Positions 59,881-64,000 of a stretch of DNA of 64,000 bases are shown in pieces (within the stretch, counting starts at the first letter, position 1; every line of letters begins with the position of its first letter). The translations under genes were made by a program, and so were the position numbers. The stretch comes from Armatimonadota bacterium (lineage in GTDB: Bacteria; Armatimonadota; HRBIN16), in the NCBI GenBank assembly GCA_963677485.1, contig OY781964.1, positions 1,920,001-1,984,000 of the forward strand. Reading direction: 5' to 3'. The notes under the pieces are model-generated. The model was not told the origin of the DNA. It saw only the letters and a program-made list of their open reading frames with translations, and ran no database searches.

Positions 59881-60939
59881 TTATCTGACCCAGATCATCT
59901 CTTTGCTGGGCAGCACGGGAAACACGCCGTGTGGCTCGGATTGGTACCACAGTGCCAGCGAGCTGATGTCATCGCGCAGAGGCTGGAAGTGCCCCTCCTG
60001 CCACCATCCGAGTGCCTGCATGGTCACTTTCAGGTCTTGCTTGAACCGGATGGGGTCCATGATGTGCCAGCGGTAGAGGTCAAACGCGGCCGGTTTGGTC
60101 TCCACTCTTCGGGCCATGGGCATGCCCAGGAATGGGGTGCTATACGCCTCTTCTTTACCCTTGCTGTCATAGAAGCACCAGGCTCCACCGAAGTAGTCCT
60201 CCGTTCCGGTGCCGCAGATGGTGGGATACTGGCCGTCACCATCCATGAAGAACTTGATCTCCCCTTCGCCCCACCAGCCGCAGCTAAAACTCATCCAGCT
60301 CAGGAAGGTGCCCACATAGTGGCCCTGGCCCTTCACACCGTCCAGGATCACGTGCTCAGGGCAGTCCATGGGGGTCACGCTGCGCCGCCACTGTGCGTGC
60401 AGGTAGGCCGCCTCGGTTGGCACTTCTTGAAGGGCGTAGCTGATCTGGTAGAAGAAACCGCCGATGTCCTTACCCCATGTGTTTTCGATGGTCATACGGC
60501 AATGTTTACGAAATGGCATCGGCCAGTAGCTGTTGAAGCCACCGCTTGGGTTGACTGCGATGGGCATGGAGACCACATTGTGGCGATCACCCTGACCGTG
60601 GCAGAAGAAGTCGCCCAGAGGGCACTCAATGGAGGGGGTCTCTTCCCCGTCCCAATACATGCGCAGGATGCAGGTTCGATAGGCCATTGGCTCAACGGTA
60701 ATCCAGATGTGCTGGATCAGGCCCGGGCCGTCAATCTCTGCCAGGGTCACGGTTTCGCCAGAGGCGACCGTAATGCAGGGTCGGACCTTCCAGCCCTCGC
60801 CCAAAACTTCGCCTGCTTCACCGGGCTGTGGGATGGCTCGCGCTCCGCCCGCTTTAGCCCCGTTGGGGTTCTCGGCGTTAATGCTGCGCGTCTCCGCGCT
60901 GCTTAATAGTGCAATGTTGGATAGGCTGCTGATAAACAC
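59881..60939 (-). CDS. DUF2961 / GH172 family glycoside hydrolase, copy 2
   Basis: Same motifs and length (352 aa) as copy 1; GTG start. Confidence 0.9.
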   Translation of the reverse strand: MFISSLSNIALLSSAETRSINAENPNGAKAGGARAIPQPGEAGEVLGEGWKVRPCITVASGETVTLAEIDGPGLIQHIWITVEPMAYRTCILRMYWDGEETPSIECPLGDFFCHGQGDRHNVVSMPIAVNPSGGFNSYWPMPFRKHCRMTIENTWGKDIGGFFYQISYALQEVPTEAAYLHAQWRRSVTPMDCPEHVILDGVKGQGHYVGTFLSWMSFSCGWWGEGEIKFFMDGDGQYPTICGTGTEDYFGGAWCFYDSKGKEEAYSTPFLGMPMARRVETKPAAFDLYRWHIMDPIRFKQDLKVTMQALGWWQEGHFQPLRDDISSLALWYQSEPHGVFPVLPSKEMIWVR

Positions 60940-61053
60940 AGTGTGTGTGGCCTCCTATGAGGAATTTGGTCGGATTCTTTTCAATTATTACATAATTTCA
61001 TTCGGATGGGTGAAGTGGTGATGCAAAGATGAAGAGAACGCAGAAAAGTTGAG

Positions 61054-61356
61054 ATGGCCATCGGCATGTAGGGGGCGGGTCTCCCGACCCAGGGGCAGGG
61101 AAACCCAGCCCCTACGATTCCGTGACAATCGCCCCCGGCCAATCCCCAATCTGCGCTATCTGCGTAATCTGCGGATTGTCACTCCCTGTCCGGGCCAAAC
61201 ACGACAAGGAAATGGCCATCGGCATGTAGGGGTCGGGTCTCCCGACCCAGGGGCAGGGAAACCCAGCCCCTACGATTCCGTGACAATCGCCCCCGGCCAA
61301 TCCCTAATCTGCGTCATCTGTGTAATCTGTGGATTGTCACTCCCTGTCCGGGCCAA
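61054..61356. repeat. 158-bp-period direct tandem duplication of a REP-containing unit
   Basis: 61054..61198 and 61212..61356 are near-identical; each has GTAGGGG...CCCCTAC. Confidence 0.9.
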
Positions 61357-61445
61357 TTACCATCCGCCTTGGAAAAAGACCGGCGCGGTCTTGGGCCTTC
61401 TGCGGCCGCTAGCATACTGACAGACCGCCCCGGACAGTGCCAATC
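61352..61445 (-). repeat. Family B copy in reverse orientation
   Basis: AGACCGGCGCGGTCTTGGGCC...GCTAGC...CAGACCGCCCCGGACA. Confidence 0.85.
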
Positions 61446-61573
61446 GAGACACCGCGCAACCATTTCCCTTCGTGTTCATTCGTGTTCATTCGTGGTTAAA
61501 ATCCCAAAGATCAAATGATAATCTGCGCCATCTGCGTAATCTGTGGATTGTTACACGGTTTACCCAGCTTGCG

Positions 61574-62836
61574 TCACTCGGTGGGCACGATGCGCTTGAA
61601 ATCCTTGTTGGGGTTGAATGCCACCAGGGTGATGATCCAGGCGACGGTCAACAAAATACAGCACCCGATGAACGGTGTGATGTGGGCGATATGCACATTA
61701 GTGGATGCGTGGATATACAGATAGCTGCCCAACGGCGCGCCGATCATCGCGCCAACACCCTGAGCGGTGAAGACGGCCCCCATGATGGCCCCCCTGCGCT
61801 CGCTGTTGATGTTGCTGACGATGGCCATCCAGGCTGGGATCGCCAGAATATAGCCGATCCCCACCACGGTGCAGCCGATCATCAGCCAGATGTGATGGCT
61901 GGTAAACGGCACCATCCACATCCCGAAGCAGCACAGCGTCATGCCGATGCACATCACGCGGCGTTTACCCCAGCGGTCTGCGGCTCTACCGGCCGGTACG
62001 CTGGCGAGTGCAAACACGATGGCCGGAGGCAGCAGCAATGCACCATATCCCGTTTCGGACAGGCCCAGTTCATTCATGGCGTAGAGCTTCACAAGCAACA
62101 TCACCAGCCCGATGGACAGGTAGACCACAAAGCCAAGCAGCATGGTGTCTGGCACCATCTTGGCGGCAATCCAGAGGTCTTTTATTTTGGGCACATGGCC
62201 CTCATTGTGCGATTCTGTCTGGTGCAGTGGCATTTTCCCAGGAACACCCACATAACAGATGAGCGCGGTACACAGGAATAGAATCCCAGCCAGATAGAAA
62301 CTGGCATGCATGGGCTCTGACATCAAGTGATGGGCGCTGCTGTAGTCGTTCACCAGTCCGCCAAGCAGCGGACCCAGCGCGATTCCGATCATGTAGGTGA
62401 CATTGAACAGGCTCATGGCCGTCGCCCGCTGCTTGGGATCGGCGGCGTCGGCTACAGTGGCAAACGCGGTGGGCCACAGTGCGGCAGCTCCCACGCCGTC
62501 CAACGCACGGATGGCCATCAGACCCAAAGGGTGACCAATCACCACGGTGAGCGGAGCGGTGATCATGCTGATCAGCGGCCCCAACATCAGCATGGGTTTA
62601 CGCCCAAAGCGGTCGCTTAGAAGACCCATGGGCGACTTGAGCAGCGTCTCCACAAGCAGGAAAGCCGCGCCGATCGCACCAATCCATACCCCCCAGTTCA
62701 TTTTCATGAGATAGGGAGGCATGGCGGAGAAGTTTACGATTGCGTAAGACAACTCCGCCATACCAGACATGATCACCAGCGAGATGAGTGCCCGTTGTCT
62801 GGTCTTTATCTGACTGGCAGATAACTCTGCCGCCAC
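61574..62836 (-). CDS. MFS transporter
   Basis: GLLSDRFGRK and GRAADRWGKR motif A copies, about 12 TMs; start placed at the GTG just after the upstream stop. Confidence 0.9.
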   Translation of the reverse strand: MAAELSASQIKTRQRALISLVIMSGMAELSYAIVNFSAMPPYLMKMNWGVWIGAIGAAFLLVETLLKSPMGLLSDRFGRKPMLMLGPLISMITAPLTVVIGHPLGLMAIRALDGVGAAALWPTAFATVADAADPKQRATAMSLFNVTYMIGIALGPLLGGLVNDYSSAHHLMSEPMHASFYLAGILFLCTALICYVGVPGKMPLHQTESHNEGHVPKIKDLWIAAKMVPDTMLLGFVVYLSIGLVMLLVKLYAMNELGLSETGYGALLLPPAIVFALASVPAGRAADRWGKRRVMCIGMTLCCFGMWMVPFTSHHIWLMIGCTVVGIGYILAIPAWMAIVSNINSERRGAIMGAVFTAQGVGAMIGAPLGSYLYIHASTNVHIAHITPFIGCCILLTVAWIITLVAFNPNKDFKRIVPTE

Positions 62837-62837
62837 T

Positions 62838-63884
62838 CTAGAGGAGTACCTCGTGCCCGGTTTCTGTGGATTTATACACTGCGTCAATGATCTGGGTCGC
62901 CATCAAGCCCTGTTCGCCAGTCACATAAACCTCTGTGTCGTTGATGATCGCCTCAAGGAAGGCCTTCACTTCGCGGGTATGCGAGCTTGGTCCACGCTGC
63001 ATCCAGGTTGGCACGATTTCGGTCAGTGCGCCGTTCTGTTCTTTGTATATTTTGCATGGAGAGTTACAGGCGCCTGCTTCGGTGCCCAAGACGGTGCTGC
63101 ACATCATGTCATGATCGATGTTAGCGCAGAAGCTGCTTTCAATGGTCATCACGGCGCCATTCTCAAACCGCACCAGCCCGCAGGCGAAATCTTCTACCGT
63201 GAAGGTGGCGGGATCCCAGGGGCCCCATTCATTCACGTGACCGGATCGGTTGCCGAATTCCTTATACGTCATGCCGGTCACACTCACCGGTTTGGGATGG
63301 CCCATAAACCAGAGCGTGGTGTCGATGATATGGACGCCGATGTCAATCATGGGTCCGCCGCCCTGTTTCGCCTTGTCCGTAAACACGCCCCAGGTGGGGA
63401 CGCCACGGCGGCGCAACGCCTGCGCCCGTGCGTAATAGATTTTGCCTAGCTGGCCATCGTCAATCGCCTTTTTGATCATCTGCTGTTCCGGCTCAAAACG
63501 TAAGTTCAAGCCGATCTGCAGCTTGCGGCCGTTTTTCCGGCTTGCAGCTACCATCTCTGCGCCTTCGGTGGGGTTCATGGCGATGGGCTTCTCACACAGC
63601 ACATGTTTTCCGGCCTTCAGAGCATCAACGGTGGGCTGAAGATGGGCGATATTGGGGGTGCATACACTGACAGCATCGACACATTTTAGCTTAAGCAGAT
63701 CGTGGTAATTCTCATAGACATGGGGGATATTATACTCCGCGGCGAAAGCCTTGGCGCGTTCTGGGATAATATCACATACAGCTTGCACTTTACAGAGCTC
63801 CGGGTAGGTGAGGTAAGCAGGAATATGTGCTCCGCGAGCGATGCCGCCTGCACCAATGATTCCGATTCCAAGTGGTTGTTTCAT
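62838..63884 (-). CDS. Gfo/Idh/MocA family oxidoreductase
   Basis: IIGAGGIA, GKHVLCEKP and GGGPMIDIGVH; start placed at MKQPL after AGGAGG. Confidence 0.92.
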   Translation of the reverse strand: MKQPLGIGIIGAGGIARGAHIPAYLTYPELCKVQAVCDIIPERAKAFAAEYNIPHVYENYHDLLKLKCVDAVSVCTPNIAHLQPTVDALKAGKHVLCEKPIAMNPTEGAEMVAASRKNGRKLQIGLNLRFEPEQQMIKKAIDDGQLGKIYYARAQALRRRGVPTWGVFTDKAKQGGGPMIDIGVHIIDTTLWFMGHPKPVSVTGMTYKEFGNRSGHVNEWGPWDPATFTVEDFACGLVRFENGAVMTIESSFCANIDHDMMCSTVLGTEAGACNSPCKIYKEQNGALTEIVPTWMQRGPSSHTREVKAFLEAIINDTEVYVTGEQGLMATQIIDAVYKSTETGHEVLL

Positions 63885-63903
63885 GGTATGTTGTTCCCTC
63901 CTT

Positions 63904-64000
63904 TTATTGTGACTTTGGCCACAGCTGATACCGGCTGTCCCATAGTCCTTCGATGCTGTCGATGACAAGATGCGGGCGATGCTGAGGCTCTGCCTGCAAT
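63904..64000 (-). CDS. 3' end of an upstream gene (possibly HAD-like hydrolase)
   Basis: Manual translation LQAEPQHRPHLVIDSIEGLWDSRYQLWPKSQ*; P..VIDSI..L resembles HAD C-termini. Confidence 0.4.
   Translation of the reverse strand, partial: LQAEPQHRPHLVIDSIEGLWDSRYQLWPKSQ

Noticed and set aside
58699-60906. 381-aa and 325-aa plus-strand ORFs
   Set aside because: Antisense shadows of the two DUF2961 genes.

Overview
A 64-kb bacterial chromosomal window. A diderm, polysaccharide-degrading organism, probably Armatimonadota, is inferred from the dockerin-like protein tail, the glycosidase content and csaB next to an outer-membrane barrel. Housekeeping genes: rpsB-tsf-pyrH-frr, serS, dut and tRNA-Thr(TGT). 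Catabolic and other genes: GH106-like, GH2-malectin and two tandem DUF2961/GH172 glycosidases, two Gfo/Idh/MocA oxidoreductases, an MFS transporter, a LarA-family protein, a DUF362-polyferredoxin-DUF362 module, a secreted C1A protease and an ABC/TPR/PilC-like cluster. The most notable items are: (1) a tandem array of five divergent paralogous 1+6-TM membrane protein genes (24.5-34.7 kb), separated by near-identical REP-mosaic spacers whose GTAG motif supplies the stop codon, with mosaic homogenised 3' ends, i.e. a cassette-like array; (2) an AbiF/Abi_2 HEPN gene whose stop codon overlaps a near-consensus promoter driving a short hairpin RNA, a candidate RNA antitoxin; (3) a five-gene chaperone-usher-like pilus cluster beside the tRNA; (4) several families of dispersed structured intergenic repeats; (5) two genes split by a single in-frame stop. 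All calls were made by eye from motifs; no database searches were run. No CRISPR array, integrase or transposase is visible.
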